DNA from: an uncultured Pseudobdellovibrionaceae bacterium | GTDB taxonomy: Bacteria; Bdellovibrionota; Bdellovibrionia; Bdellovibrionales; JAMPXM01 | Direction: 5' to 3' | DNA length: 43,061 nucleotides | Assembly (NCBI GenBank): GCA_934277865.1 | Contig: CAKQVW010000002.1 | Span: 1-43,061, forward strand | Shown: piece after piece, positions 1 through 8,692 of the stretch | Layout: the number at the start of each line of letters is the position of its first letter | Position numbering within the stretch: the stretch's first letter is position 1 | Notes under the pieces: generated by a model | Seen by the model: only the letters and a program-made list of their open reading frames with translations | The model's database searches: none | What the model was told of the DNA's origin: nothing | Position numbers and translations under genes: made by a program

Positions 1-1
1 T

Positions 2-3000
2 CGTGCGGACCGTGCCCGGACAAGACAGCAGGCAGACACAAATAGCTTTCTCTCGTCACTTACGAACTTATCGGCTTCAGACGCTCAACTAATTGATGCT
101 TTAATAAGAGATGGAGTACTCAAAGCACAAGATGGTTGGATAAGGTTCTCACATGATCTCTATGGTGATTGGATTCGGCAACGTTTTCTACTCTCACAAC
201 GGCAGAAGACTCTTCAAGAAATTGTCCAACGTAAAAACAACATCTATTGGCATCAAGCAATCAGACTGGCATCGCTCGAAATCTTAGAAACAGACGGATT
301 CGATAGCTGGAAAAAGGATGTTACATCGCTCAAAGAGAGTGGTGACGATGTTCTGGTCGATCTCTTTCTCGACATTGCCATCACATCTCTAAATCAAGGT
401 TCGATTCTCGTAACCATCAAGGAATTGCTCTTCTCTGATAACCTGAAAGTGCTCCATAGATTTTTAGAAAGGTTTTTGGCCTACGCTACTGCTCCAAATC
501 CTCAAGTGATGAGCATGCGTACGGAGCTCGATTTGGACGAGCTGGCGGCTGCTCAAATTAACAGAGTCCCCTTATATGCCTATTGGCCAAGTCTCCTAAA
601 TTTTCTTGCCAAGAATATTGAAGACGCTGGCGGCGGCAGAGCCCAGATGGCTCAAGTAGCTGAGAAGTGGCTAACGTTTACTCCCAATGATTTTCCCTTT
701 CGTGAAGACGCAGCCAAAATTATATTTGCATCAGCGAAATGGATTTTTGAATTTAAGAGAGGCCCTGGGCACAGCTATGTTCGGGACGAGGTTGATAAGA
801 AATGTTACCAGGCACTTTTGGCTGCCTATCCCGATCTGCCAAACGAAGTCGAGGATCTTTGCTTGAAACTCATCGGGCTACGCGACGACGGCATCGAGCA
901 TCCCGAGGTGCCAGTTGTACCATCAAAGTCAAAAGCGCCGCCTCCTATCATGCCAATCGTAACTCGCAGAAGGATAGAAAAAAAGGTTCTACCCAATGGC
1001 CCCGAGTTCGAGAGAGATCGGGAGTTTCAAAAAGTCTGCTTGAGTTCTCAGAATTTCCTATACATCGCAAAATACAACCCGTCTCTCGCAGCGAAACTTC
1101 TTCTTGCTGCAATTATTGAGGAGCCGCAAGAATACGAGGATATTTTTGATGACGGCTGGCGGATGGATGAACGTCTCGGCACGGCTTATACTCAGCAGTT
1201 CTATCCACCTCTTTATTCGAGCGGACCGTTTCTGAATTTCTTTCGGGCGGCTCCACAGGAAGCATTAGGTGCCTTGATCCAACTTGTGTCTCTTGTAACG
1301 GACCGATGGGCGGAGAGAGAAAAGAAAAGGCAGCATGAAGTGTTCGGATTTGAAATCGAAATAAACGGTATCAAGAAATTCTGGCGAGGCGATCCTCAGG
1401 TATTTCTTTGGGCGATGGATCTGGCAAATTGCCCAGACGTAGTGGTGGCGTTTTTAATGGCATTCGAAAAGTGGATGTACGAAAAAATTGATGTCAAAGA
1501 GAATGTCGATCCTTGGATTGATCAAATCATTCAGAAGAGTGACTCACTAGCTTTCATCGGTGTGTTGGTCTCAGTCGCTAAATATAGTCCGAAGTTATTG
1601 TTAGAGAAGCTGCGCAGTCTTTTGACCTTGCCTTACGTAATCTGGTGGGATCAGCAATTTTTGCTACAGAATCGCGCCGGCATGGTTTCGATGATCTCTT
1701 GGTCTGGCCAAGGCCCCTATATGGCGAACCTGGCCCTTAAGTGGTTTGGGATGGATCACCGTAAAACTTCAATGAAGCAATGGGCGATCCACTTTCTTCT
1801 AAATGTTCCGGATATGAGAGAATCTTTTGCTCTCGCGCGATCTGCCTGGGAGCGGGAAGTAAAAGATCAGCCAGATGCCTCGCTAGAGGCTCTAGCGTGC
1901 AAGTTCAATCCTGCAAATTATCAGGTCGGCCAACTCGCGGACGGAACTCAAGTGTGGAACTATTCTGCTCCTCCTGAATTTATTGAGAAGCACAAAGAGC
2001 GATTTGAAAAAAATGACGCTCACATGAGCCTTCTCGCGTTTCCAATGAATATTAACAAAGTTCTCGACGCGCATTCGTTTTCAGAAGCGGAATTTTCTCA
2101 GTTGGCAAAAACATCTGAACACATCGCTAAGACCATGACCGGCGAATCTGAAGATCCGATTCTTACTGCACCCAAGGATTGCCAACTGGCGATAGATGGA
2201 TTGAAGCTGGTTGCAGCGAAAAGAAAGATTGTTTCATTTGATGAGCGGACGTTGGACACGGCAAAGGAAAATATAGCCAAGGCACTCCGAGAGCTTTGGG
2301 CTGATCCAGGTGTAGCGGGTTATCCGTATGATCGCTCAGGCCAAAAATATGATACCATTTTGGCTAAAGTAATCGGCCAACTTGCTGTAGGCGCTGAGAG
2401 CGATCCCTGGGTCAGAACGCAGGTAGCCCATTTGATTTGCGGTCCTCGATCAGTTTCTGTGTCCGCATTAATTTCCAGCATTGCCTCTGCAAAGGCTAAC
2501 CACTCTTTCATTTTAGAAATCCTAGCGCTTGTATTCAACTACTCGAAAATTCGAACGGCTTGGCATGATGTAGATCGAACCGTTAGATATTCCAGACATG
2601 AGCGCAAGCAGTCCAAAATTAAGTCTTTCTTATCCAAGAATGACTTCATCAGGCTCAAAGTTTTTCGTGAGTATACACTTGAAGATCGAAAACAATTATT
2701 TGAATTAGAAGTGTCGAACTTAATGGCCAGATTCATCGCCGCGTCTATGCCGCCAGCATGGCCATCTTGGGATTTTGATCCTCACGCTTTTTTGTTCGCA
2801 AAAGATTTGGAGCTTCCTAGTGCAGGGAAAAATCTAATAAGTTTTGAAAGTTTCACGCAGGCCGCCGCTGGACTTCCACCTATGGAGCAATGGGACGACA
2901 ATTTAAAAAAGGGGTGGGTCGAATTTTGTTCCACTGGCTTAGATCAAATTTCAAAGCGTTTGGTTGAAGCGATAAAAGAAGATGGTGATGCGAAAGGTAC

Positions 3001-3700
3001 GCCATATCAACAGGACAACTGGATGATTAACGCCTTCGCTGTAACTTACTTCCTGCGAAACGACGCGAGACTTGATAAGTCTTTGAAAATATTTTTGGAA
3101 GTTGGCGCAGACGGACACTACTGGTTGGATGATTTCGGAAGAGACTTCTTTAGAATGGGTCTCAAAGATCCTAGTACCTGGGAAGCCTTCAAAACTAAAC
3201 TTGAAAAAATATTTGAGATGGCACTTTCCATTGAGAAGCTGAAACCGAGCAGGCGCTCTTGGGACGCCGACGAAATTTGGTGTTCGCTGGTGGGCCTTGA
3301 CGACATTACCATTCAGTTCTTACCGGCTGAGGTGAAGCCGTTAGTAACAGATCTCTTTCCTCTATATGAGAGCTTGATGAAAGCTAGGACCGGTTCAGAT
3401 AAATGTCTCAGCCGATTTATTTCCCTGTTATGTAAAGAAGCAGCAATGAGTATCCGGATGAAAGGGCTTTCAATTGTGGCTTCCGAACTTAAGGGAATTG
3501 ATTATTCGGATTATCGTCAAGGACACTTCATCTCAACGTATTCCTATTTCCTGGCTACCTTATGGCGCGAGAATTTAACTGAATTGCGAAATGATAAAAA
3601 TGCTTTGGCCAATTTCCAACAGATTTTGAACGGACTGATTTCAGTACAAGATCCGCGCGCTTTAGAGTTGGCAGCTCAAGTGAGTGCGACTCGCCGTTAG
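2..3700 (+). CDS. Large protein (at least 1,233 aa visible), 5' end cut by the window edge; function unknown, possibly the C-terminal helical sensor part of a STAND-type NTPase
   Basis: Frame 2 is open from nt 2 to the TAG at 3698-3700. The track's TTG at 425 is only the first in-window start codon. The early part reads ...DGWIRFSHDLYGDWIRQRF..., like the winged-helix end of NTPase modules. No catalytic motif is visible in the window. Confidence 0.75.
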   Translation, partial: RADRARTRQQADTNSFLSSLTNLSASDAQLIDALIRDGVLKAQDGWIRFSHDLYGDWIRQRFLLSQRQKTLQEIVQRKNNIYWHQAIRLASLEILETDGFDSWKKDVTSLKESGDDVLVDLFLDIAITSLNQGSILVTIKELLFSDNLKVLHRFLERFLAYATAPNPQVMSMRTELDLDELAAAQINRVPLYAYWPSLLNFLAKNIEDAGGGRAQMAQVAEKWLTFTPNDFPFREDAAKIIFASAKWIFEFKRGPGHSYVRDEVDKKCYQALLAAYPDLPNEVEDLCLKLIGLRDDGIEHPEVPVVPSKSKAPPPIMPIVTRRRIEKKVLPNGPEFERDREFQKVCLSSQNFLYIAKYNPSLAAKLLLAAIIEEPQEYEDIFDDGWRMDERLGTAYTQQFYPPLYSSGPFLNFFRAAPQEALGALIQLVSLVTDRWAEREKKRQHEVFGFEIEINGIKKFWRGDPQVFLWAMDLANCPDVVVAFLMAFEKWMYEKIDVKENVDPWIDQIIQKSDSLAFIGVLVSVAKYSPKLLLEKLRSLLTLPYVIWWDQQFLLQNRAGMVSMISWSGQGPYMANLALKWFGMDHRKTSMKQWAIHFLLNVPDMRESFALARSAWEREVKDQPDASLEALACKFNPANYQVGQLADGTQVWNYSAPPEFIEKHKERFEKNDAHMSLLAFPMNINKVLDAHSFSEAEFSQLAKTSEHIAKTMTGESEDPILTAPKDCQLAIDGLKLVAAKRKIVSFDERTLDTAKENIAKALRELWADPGVAGYPYDRSGQKYDTILAKVIGQLAVGAESDPWVRTQVAHLICGPRSVSVSALISSIASAKANHSFILEILALVFNYSKIRTAWHDVDRTVRYSRHERKQSKIKSFLSKNDFIRLKVFREYTLEDRKQLFELEVSNLMARFIAASMPPAWPSWDFDPHAFLFAKDLELPSAGKNLISFESFTQAAAGLPPMEQWDDNLKKGWVEFCSTGLDQISKRLVEAIKEDGDAKGTPYQQDNWMINAFAVTYFLRNDARLDKSLKIFLEVGADGHYWLDDFGRDFFRMGLKDPSTWEAFKTKLEKIFEMALSIEKLKPSRRSWDADEIWCSLVGLDDITIQFLPAEVKPLVTDLFPLYESLMKARTGSDKCLSRFISLLCKEAAMSIRMKGLSIVASELKGIDYSDYRQGHFISTYSYFLATLWRENLTELRNDKNALANFQQILNGLISVQDPRALELAAQVSATRR

Positions 3701-3795
3701 AAGCTCGTTAAACCTAGACCTTAACTTGGATATGGCTTCAAAGGCCCGTACCACCGCGAGACTTGCGCAGTGGCACGGGATACAAGATCAGGTTA

Positions 3796-4386
3796 CTATT
3801 TGCGCTCCGGCCAAATTTTTTCTTTTGGATTCCATGGGTTGGAATTCAAAAGCTCTAAATATTTAATACGACGCTGTGACCGGCCCGCCGAAGTTAGGTC
3901 GAAACTTTGAGTGGCGCTTCGACTGCCCCCGACCTTCGATTCGTTACGTTCTTCTTCAGTATTCAACTCAAGTATAAGCTCAGACTCTCGTTGAATCTCA
4001 CCATCGAAGGTCAGCGAGCATACTGACGTGATATTGCCAGCCAATGGATTATTGGTGTTAGGGTCGCCCCAGCTATACTCATTCACTGTCAATTTCGTAC
4101 TGTCATCGAACTTAGACAGAAATTCTCTGAGCTCGCCGGTAGTCTGAAATTTTGCAATAATCGGCTTTTCCGCACTCGAATGTGCAGGCACTTTAGCGAC
4201 CGATGAAACTTCATCAGGGGCATTGGATGACATCGCCGATGCCGTATTCCAATCCTTAAATCCAAAGACCTTGGCGAGCACTTCGAGCGAATGCCCATGT
4301 GGCAAATCGATATTGTGCTTTTCACGCAGTACTTGGCGAAGAAATTTCGCGCGCTCTTTAACTTGTTCTTTTGACGGTTCTCTCAC
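3796..4386 (-). CDS. Hypothetical 196-aa protein
   Basis: GTG start preceded by a GGGAG SD 6 nt upstream. N-terminal helical motif HGHSLEVLAKVFGFKDWNTASA. Convergent with the large ORF. Confidence 0.7.
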   Translation of the reverse strand: MREPSKEQVKERAKFLRQVLREKHNIDLPHGHSLEVLAKVFGFKDWNTASAMSSNAPDEVSSVAKVPAHSSAEKPIIAKFQTTGELREFLSKFDDSTKLTVNEYSWGDPNTNNPLAGNITSVCSLTFDGEIQRESELILELNTEEERNESKVGGSRSATQSFDLTSAGRSQRRIKYLELLNSNPWNPKEKIWPERK

Positions 4387-4608
4387 GGATACTCCCTTTT
4401 TTCGGACTTCGCGTTCTTTTGGTCGCCTTAAAGGACAGTCCTAAAAAGTTAGTATTGAAAAAACCTTTTATGATTGTGCGGGAAATTCACCTTAGCTTTT
4501 CAGCCGCGACCGGCAGGCTTCCCCAAGCCTGTGCATAATTTTAGCAATGACTCAGATCTACGGTCAATTAATTCAAACATAGACCGGCATAGTGTCATCC
4601 TAGCGGAA

Positions 4609-4794
4609 TCACCGGAATCTCTTAGCTTCCTCCGGAAAAACCGATATCGGCTTCCAATCAATCTTTACAGCTTGAAGAGACGCTCGCTGTAGTTTTGCAC
4701 GACACTGCCCCGAACGGCAGTTGAGATCCTTCAAGGAAAATCCAAAATCCAAAAGTGCGGCCGCGATTAAAATCTTGATAATGATGTCGTTCAT
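4609..4794 (-). CDS. Small 61-aa protein with a hydrophobic N-terminus, co-transcribed with the upstream HTH regulator
   Basis: ATG preceded by a strong AGGAGG SD that overlaps the regulator's stop codon. The N-terminus IIIKILIAAALLDFGF is hydrophobic. Confidence 0.5.
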   Translation of the reverse strand: MNDIIIKILIAAALLDFGFSLKDLNCRSGQCRAKLQRASLQAVKIDWKPISVFPEEAKRFR

Positions 4795-4802
4795 ATTTCC
4801 TC

Positions 4803-5441
4803 CTACTTTGCCAATGCTTTAATGACACTTGCCGCGGACAAAAGAGCCTGTTCATCTAGGCGATCAAGCAGCGCCACGATTTCTGCAATCACTTCATCGG
4901 CCATCACATTGCCTCTTACGATTTTTTCGAAATCTTCCCGCTTATATTTGAGTGAGCGCAAAATCAGATCGATTTTGCCTTCTGTTAAATCCGAGCGTCC
5001 TGCTTCGATCAGTCCGAAAGTACATCTTCTAAATCCACACAAGGCGGATGCCTTGTATTGGGATATTCCACGCCGTTTGCGCAAAATGCGGATGGCGCGT
5101 ACTTCTTTGGTGACGACTTTATAGAGATTGCGTCTCGGCTTACGAGACATGGTCCGTTCAAGATTGTAGGCATCGATTTGAGCGAGCGCCTTCTCGGGCG
5201 AACCATTGAGCAGGCCGAATTCGGCCCAAGTCATACCCATTTTCTCAACGATGCCTTTGATACGATCTTCAGAAAAATTGCATCGACCGTTTTCGAGCTG
5301 CTCGAGAGCTCTGATCGAGCAGGCACATTTCTCTGCGGCCTGGCGTCTGTTTAGACCGAGCGATAGGCGAGCGGCTTTCAGCGCCAGCACGGTCTTCGTG
5401 ATCTTTTTGACGGATGAACGTCGAACGACTTCTTCTTGCAT
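4803..5441 (-). CDS. Transcriptional regulator with two tandem XRE-type HTH domains
   Basis: ATG 5441 has an AAGGAG SD 8 nt upstream; the track's TTG at 5528 has none. Two HTH units are present: LGLNRRQAAEKCACSIRALEQLENGR and RGISQYKASALCGFRRCTFGLIEAGR. Confidence 0.8.
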   Translation of the reverse strand: MQEEVVRRSSVKKITKTVLALKAARLSLGLNRRQAAEKCACSIRALEQLENGRCNFSEDRIKGIVEKMGMTWAEFGLLNGSPEKALAQIDAYNLERTMSRKPRRNLYKVVTKEVRAIRILRKRRGISQYKASALCGFRRCTFGLIEAGRSDLTEGKIDLILRSLKYKREDFEKIVRGNVMADEVIAEIVALLDRLDEQALLSAASVIKALAK

Positions 5442-5523
5442 TTGCGGACTCCTTTCAAGAGTGGTTTGCAAGAAGCAGCTTGTTCGTTTTAAAAAATCCG
5501 GAAGTGGAACTACAGCGGGCCTG

Positions 5524-5622
5524 CTCAAAAATAGCGATTTTTGCCAGGCACCTAGTATGAGTGACTTTCAATACTTACGGTTCATCGGCTACTCAAAAAA
5601 TAGCAAACTTTGCCGAAGGCAC
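5524..5622. repeat. Two imperfect ~28-bp direct repeats (CTCAAAAATAGC.A..TTTGCC..AGGCAC) upstream of the tandem-HTH regulator
   Basis: Copies at 5524-5551 and 5592-5622, read directly from the sequence. A possible operator duplication. Confidence 0.4.
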
Positions 5623-5787
5623 GAAAAGCCAAACACAAGCCATTCATAAGCCAATTTGAGGCTGTGAACGGCAGTTCTAGGCAGGTTTCAAAAGTTGAAC
5701 CTGATCCCCTTTGAGGTCTCTAAGGCTTTAAATTGTTTTTGCTTTTTAAATTCGCTTCGCGAAGCCAAGTCCCCAAGGTCGGGAAAT

Positions 5788-5804
5788 TGGAGGTGGTAGA
5801 GGGA
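5788..5804. repeat. attL core (displaced copy of the tRNA-Cys 3' end)
   Basis: TGGAGGTGGTAGAGGGA is identical to 41303-41319. The next ~12 bp are only partly similar (cctgcaccgtg versus ttcgcacccccgt). Confidence 0.8.
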
Positions 5805-5864
5805 CCTGCACCGTGATTTGAAAAAGACAAAAGAAACAAGCCCTTGCGAGAATCGCAAGAAATC

Positions 5865-5891
5865 TGTGGACCACTTGTGGACCGTTTCTCG
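5865..5891. promoter_or_regulatory. Candidate integrase arm-type binding site (tandem 11-bp TGTGGACCACT units), left arm
   Basis: TGTGGACCACTTGTGGACCGTTTCTCG matches 41113-41139 at 25 of 27 positions in direct orientation. It overlaps the perfect 16-bp palindrome GTTTCTCGCGAGAAAC (5884-5899). Confidence 0.5.
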
Positions 5892-5940
5892 CGAGAAACT
5901 CGCCGGCTCCCAGTGGCACTTTGATGCGCTCCGAAGGTCG

Positions 5941-7236
5941 TCATCTGGCACCGCCAAAGGACTTCTTCATGAACGCTTGCTTCACCTCGAGGCTGATCTG
6001 ACTAACGTAGACCCGCTCGTAGACATCGAGGCTCATGTCCATTATCTCACATGCAACCTTTGGTGGCCAGCCGAGTTCCGCTGTCATTGTCGCGAAGGTT
6101 TTTCGGCAATCGTGGTAACGCGCCTCGTATGGCCCGATGTCTTCGATTTTTGCGATCTCTCGCGTCCGGTACCACGTCTTTTCGAATACACCATGAGAAA
6201 GCGTCTTCGTCGGGTCATTAGGCGCCGGAAACAACCACTTTGAGTTTAGATGTTCGTTCGCCTCAATCTGGAACACGAGAGCTTCACGCGCCTCGTCGAC
6301 AAGCGGAACGTCGCGCCAGTGGTGATTCTTGAAGGACCACACCTTCAAACTCCCATTCTTGAAGTCAACTTTCGATTTCTCGAGTCTCGATAGTTCGCTG
6401 TAGCGAACGCCTCCAAGAAGCCCGATCGCCAAAAACGCGCGCGATCGCGCGGCGAGGATCTTTCTCTGGCGTGATGGCTCTGTGCCGTCAGACGTCTTTA
6501 ATATCTCTTTCCATGCATCGAGCAACCTGCGTTGCTCATCTTTAGTGTAAACTCGGCCCGCCTTTTGGTATCGAGTCGCCTTCTTGACGATCTCATCGAT
6601 GTCTTCAAGAGGAGAAATGTCCGGGAACTTTTTAAAAAAGCCGCGGTTCACACCAAATGTGAGTAGCATTTTGAGGAAGTCGAAAGTCTTCTCGAAGAGC
6701 TTGTCGCCGCGGTTCTCTAGGTACCATGCCTTGTATTGCACGATCGCGACGTCATTTACTCGGTCAGCTGTCATGTACGGCGGCCGCGGGATTGAAGTTG
6801 GATAGTGCGCGCGATCCTGTGCCAGCTCGGACGGATTCTCTGGTGGAACACCCCAGAAGCCACGAAGTCCATGCTTCCAGTTCTTTTGATAATTTCTTAT
6901 CGTGCCCGGCGACTTGCCCACAGTTTTCTCTGAGAAAAGAATCTGCCAAACAGAATCCACGCTCGGATTCGTCACGCCTGAGACATGAAGATCAAGCTCA
7001 ACACCAGTTTTCCCAGTTCGTACGCCTTCGAGATGTTCGTCGACGACACGTCTTGCGGCCGTGATGCCTTCGCAAATTCCGGTCTTCTTGTTGAGCTTCC
7101 CCTCGATACCCGTTCGGATTTTCAAGCGGCGACCATTGAATGTCGTTCTGAATACGAGCTGACCTGTGGCCGGCACGATGTACCACCCTGGATAGTTCGT
7201 AAGTCTCACGAGGTCGCGGCTTGAATCTTTACTCAT
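5941..7236 (-). CDS. int: Tyrosine integrase (phage integrase family)
   Basis: 431 aa from ATG 7236, which forms an ATGA overlap with the xis stop. Catalytic pattern R (GGVRYSEL) ... H-x-x-R (HDCRKT) ... Y (VYERVY). The gene ends 137 bp from the attL core. Confidence 0.95.
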   Translation of the reverse strand: MSKDSSRDLVRLTNYPGWYIVPATGQLVFRTTFNGRRLKIRTGIEGKLNKKTGICEGITAARRVVDEHLEGVRTGKTGVELDLHVSGVTNPSVDSVWQILFSEKTVGKSPGTIRNYQKNWKHGLRGFWGVPPENPSELAQDRAHYPTSIPRPPYMTADRVNDVAIVQYKAWYLENRGDKLFEKTFDFLKMLLTFGVNRGFFKKFPDISPLEDIDEIVKKATRYQKAGRVYTKDEQRRLLDAWKEILKTSDGTEPSRQRKILAARSRAFLAIGLLGGVRYSELSRLEKSKVDFKNGSLKVWSFKNHHWRDVPLVDEAREALVFQIEANEHLNSKWLFPAPNDPTKTLSHGVFEKTWYRTREIAKIEDIGPYEARYHDCRKTFATMTAELGWPPKVACEIMDMSLDVYERVYVSQISLEVKQAFMKKSFGGAR

Positions 7237-7439
7237 CCAGCTCTCTTCTTCTTCACCAGCTTCTTGGCGCGAAAGTGTTCCCAGTCCGACCAATAGATTC
7301 TTGTCACACCAAGATCGTATGCCGGGAGCTCACGACTATTGATCGCATCTCGAACAAATTTCGAAGCGACTCCTGCGCGCTCGCAGAGCTGGCTCACTGT
7401 CAGGCATTCGTTCTCTTGGTGATTCTTCTTTCTTGCCAC
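7233..7439 (-). CDS. xis: Excisionase / AlpA-MerR-type HTH DNA-binding protein
   Basis: 68 aa with a GTG start after a GGAGGA SD. HTH LTVSQLCERAGVASKFVRDAINSRELPAY. Translationally coupled to int. Confidence 0.8.
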   Translation of the reverse strand: MARKKNHQENECLTVSQLCERAGVASKFVRDAINSRELPAYDLGVTRIYWSDWEHFRAKKLVKKKRAG

Positions 7440-7453
7440 GTTTCCTCCAAACT

Positions 7454-7479
7454 CTACTAAATGCTACTAAGATTAGTAG
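7454..7479. promoter_or_regulatory. Candidate operator: three CTACTAA heptamers (two direct, one inverted) just upstream of xis
   Basis: CTACTAA at 7454-7460 and 7464-7470, and TTAGTAG at 7473-7479. The last two form a 7-bp-arm palindrome. Confidence 0.35.
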
Positions 7480-7540
7480 GAAGCGCCCGTTGCCTCAGTT
7501 TGTTTCTGTTCCAGTATTCAAAGCTTCAGCGCGTCTCGCT

Positions 7541-8140
7541 CTACTCGGTCAAACTTCTTTCAACACTCTCAGGAGATCGCTCTTCGCTTTGAGCAACAGT
7601 GCGATCTCCCGCGCACACTGAACTGCTTGTTCTGTTCTTTCGGGGACGATACGGACGTTGTCCTTGATGTCGAGAATCGAACTCATGTGAGAGTGCAATG
7701 CGCTCGCCGAGTCGTGCGCTAACTGCGCTGATTTCAACACGGCCGGCCTCAAGGTCTCGGATAAGGTTTGCGAGTCCGCGTCCAGGGTTTCTACGGAGAC
7801 GGCCTTCATAGATGTTTGCAAGACGCTTGGCGCGATTTCGACGGTAATATTCTCTTTGACGGGCGTTAATCTCATCTCGCCTCGCCGCTCGCGCCATTGC
7901 TTTTCTTCTTCGATCTCTTTCTCTGCGTTTCTCAAGATCTCGTTCATATTGCTCTCGCCCCCTCGCCCTCTCTGCGTCTGCATTCTTGTGATATTTTTCG
8001 CGCGCCTTAGCTCTCACTGCCTCAAGGTTCTCTAGGCGTCTTCTTCGTGCGCGTTCGTTTGCTCGTCGCTTTCGTTCTTCTGGAGAGATCGCCATTGCTT
8101 GTTCCGAAAAATCGGCCTGTTCTGGGTTGCTCCAGGCCAT
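7541..8140 (-). CDS. Arg/Glu-rich hypothetical protein with R-E-x-Y-x-x-N/D repeats (frame of the 3' half uncertain)
   Basis: 199-aa ORF with the repeats REKYHKN, REQYERD and REYYRRN. A second protein-like ORF (7549..7947, 132 aa) is nested in the +1 frame. Confidence 0.5.
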   Translation of the reverse strand: MAWSNPEQADFSEQAMAISPEERKRRANERARRRRLENLEAVRAKAREKYHKNADAERARGREQYERDLEKRRERDRRRKAMARAARRDEINARQREYYRRNRAKRLANIYEGRLRRNPGRGLANLIRDLEAGRVEISAVSARLGERIALSHEFDSRHQGQRPYRPRKNRTSSSVCAGDRTVAQSEERSPESVERSLTE

Positions 8141-8236
8141 CCACGAGTGTCATTGCGCCCATAGACCGTCGTCTCGCTTCGCAACCAAGATAGGAGTAAT
8201 ATGCATCTCGCTCCTACCGCCTCTCCGTTTCATAAA

Positions 8237-8488
8237 CTACGCCCGCTGACCAGCCGGCGGTCTCGAATCCACCGGTCCGCCGGTACTACGAGATTCAACT
8301 GGTGCCGCTGCTTCGAGAACCTCAATCTGCTGTTCGTCGAACCAACGCTCGTCGACAAACTTGCCGTCTTTATCCATCGGCGGTTGAATCGAAATCCGAA
8401 CGCAGCCATTCAAAAACACGCTTCGGCAAACTGCGACACCCTGAAACCCAGAAATCTTGTCTTTCACCAAACTACCAAGCTGAATCAC
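8237..8488 (-). CDS. Hypothetical phage protein (83 aa)
   Basis: ORF in the leftward early operon. No motif recognised. Confidence 0.6.
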   Translation of the reverse strand: MIQLGSLVKDKISGFQGVAVCRSVFLNGCVRISIQPPMDKDGKFVDERWFDEQQIEVLEAAAPVESRSTGGPVDSRPPAGQRA

Positions 8489-8692
8489 TCTAACACCCTC
8501 CTGACTTCATTAACCCACGGGCAGCTGTAGCAACACTCTAGGAGCAAATCATCGCCACCCGTGGGCCGTTTTCAATTGATCAAATGCCTTAGTGCAAAAG
8601 CGCAAAGAACAAGGCCGATCGCCAATCCCATTGAGAACGCCGTCATAGCCTCGCTATGAACGAGGCTCTTGCGCTCGAACGAAAACCGCTTT

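Noticed and set aside
425-427. TTG at 425 given by the track as the start of the 1,091-aa ORF
   Set aside because: The same frame is open back to nt 2 with protein-like sequence, so the gene is 5'-truncated by the window rather than starting here.
4515-4532. Hairpin CAGGCTT-CCCC-AAGCCTG downstream of the regulator operon as a terminator
   Set aside because: The stem is good but no T-tract follows on the transcribed (minus) strand, so I did not call it.
5754-5765. Palindrome GCTTCGCGAAGC downstream of the original tRNA 3' end as a tRNA terminator
   Set aside because: It has no loop and no U-tract on the minus strand, so it is not a convincing intrinsic terminator.
5818-6243. 141-aa plus-strand ORF spanning the att arm and the integrase 3' end
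   Set aside because: It is antisense to the well-supported integrase gene. Its N-terminal part is simply the translation of the arm-type repeat and palindrome.
8246-8275. GC-rich hairpin CCGGCGG...CCGCCGG containing TCGAATCC, which looks superficially like a tRNA T-arm
   Set aside because: No acceptor or anticodon arms can be built around it, and it lies inside the 83-aa coding region.
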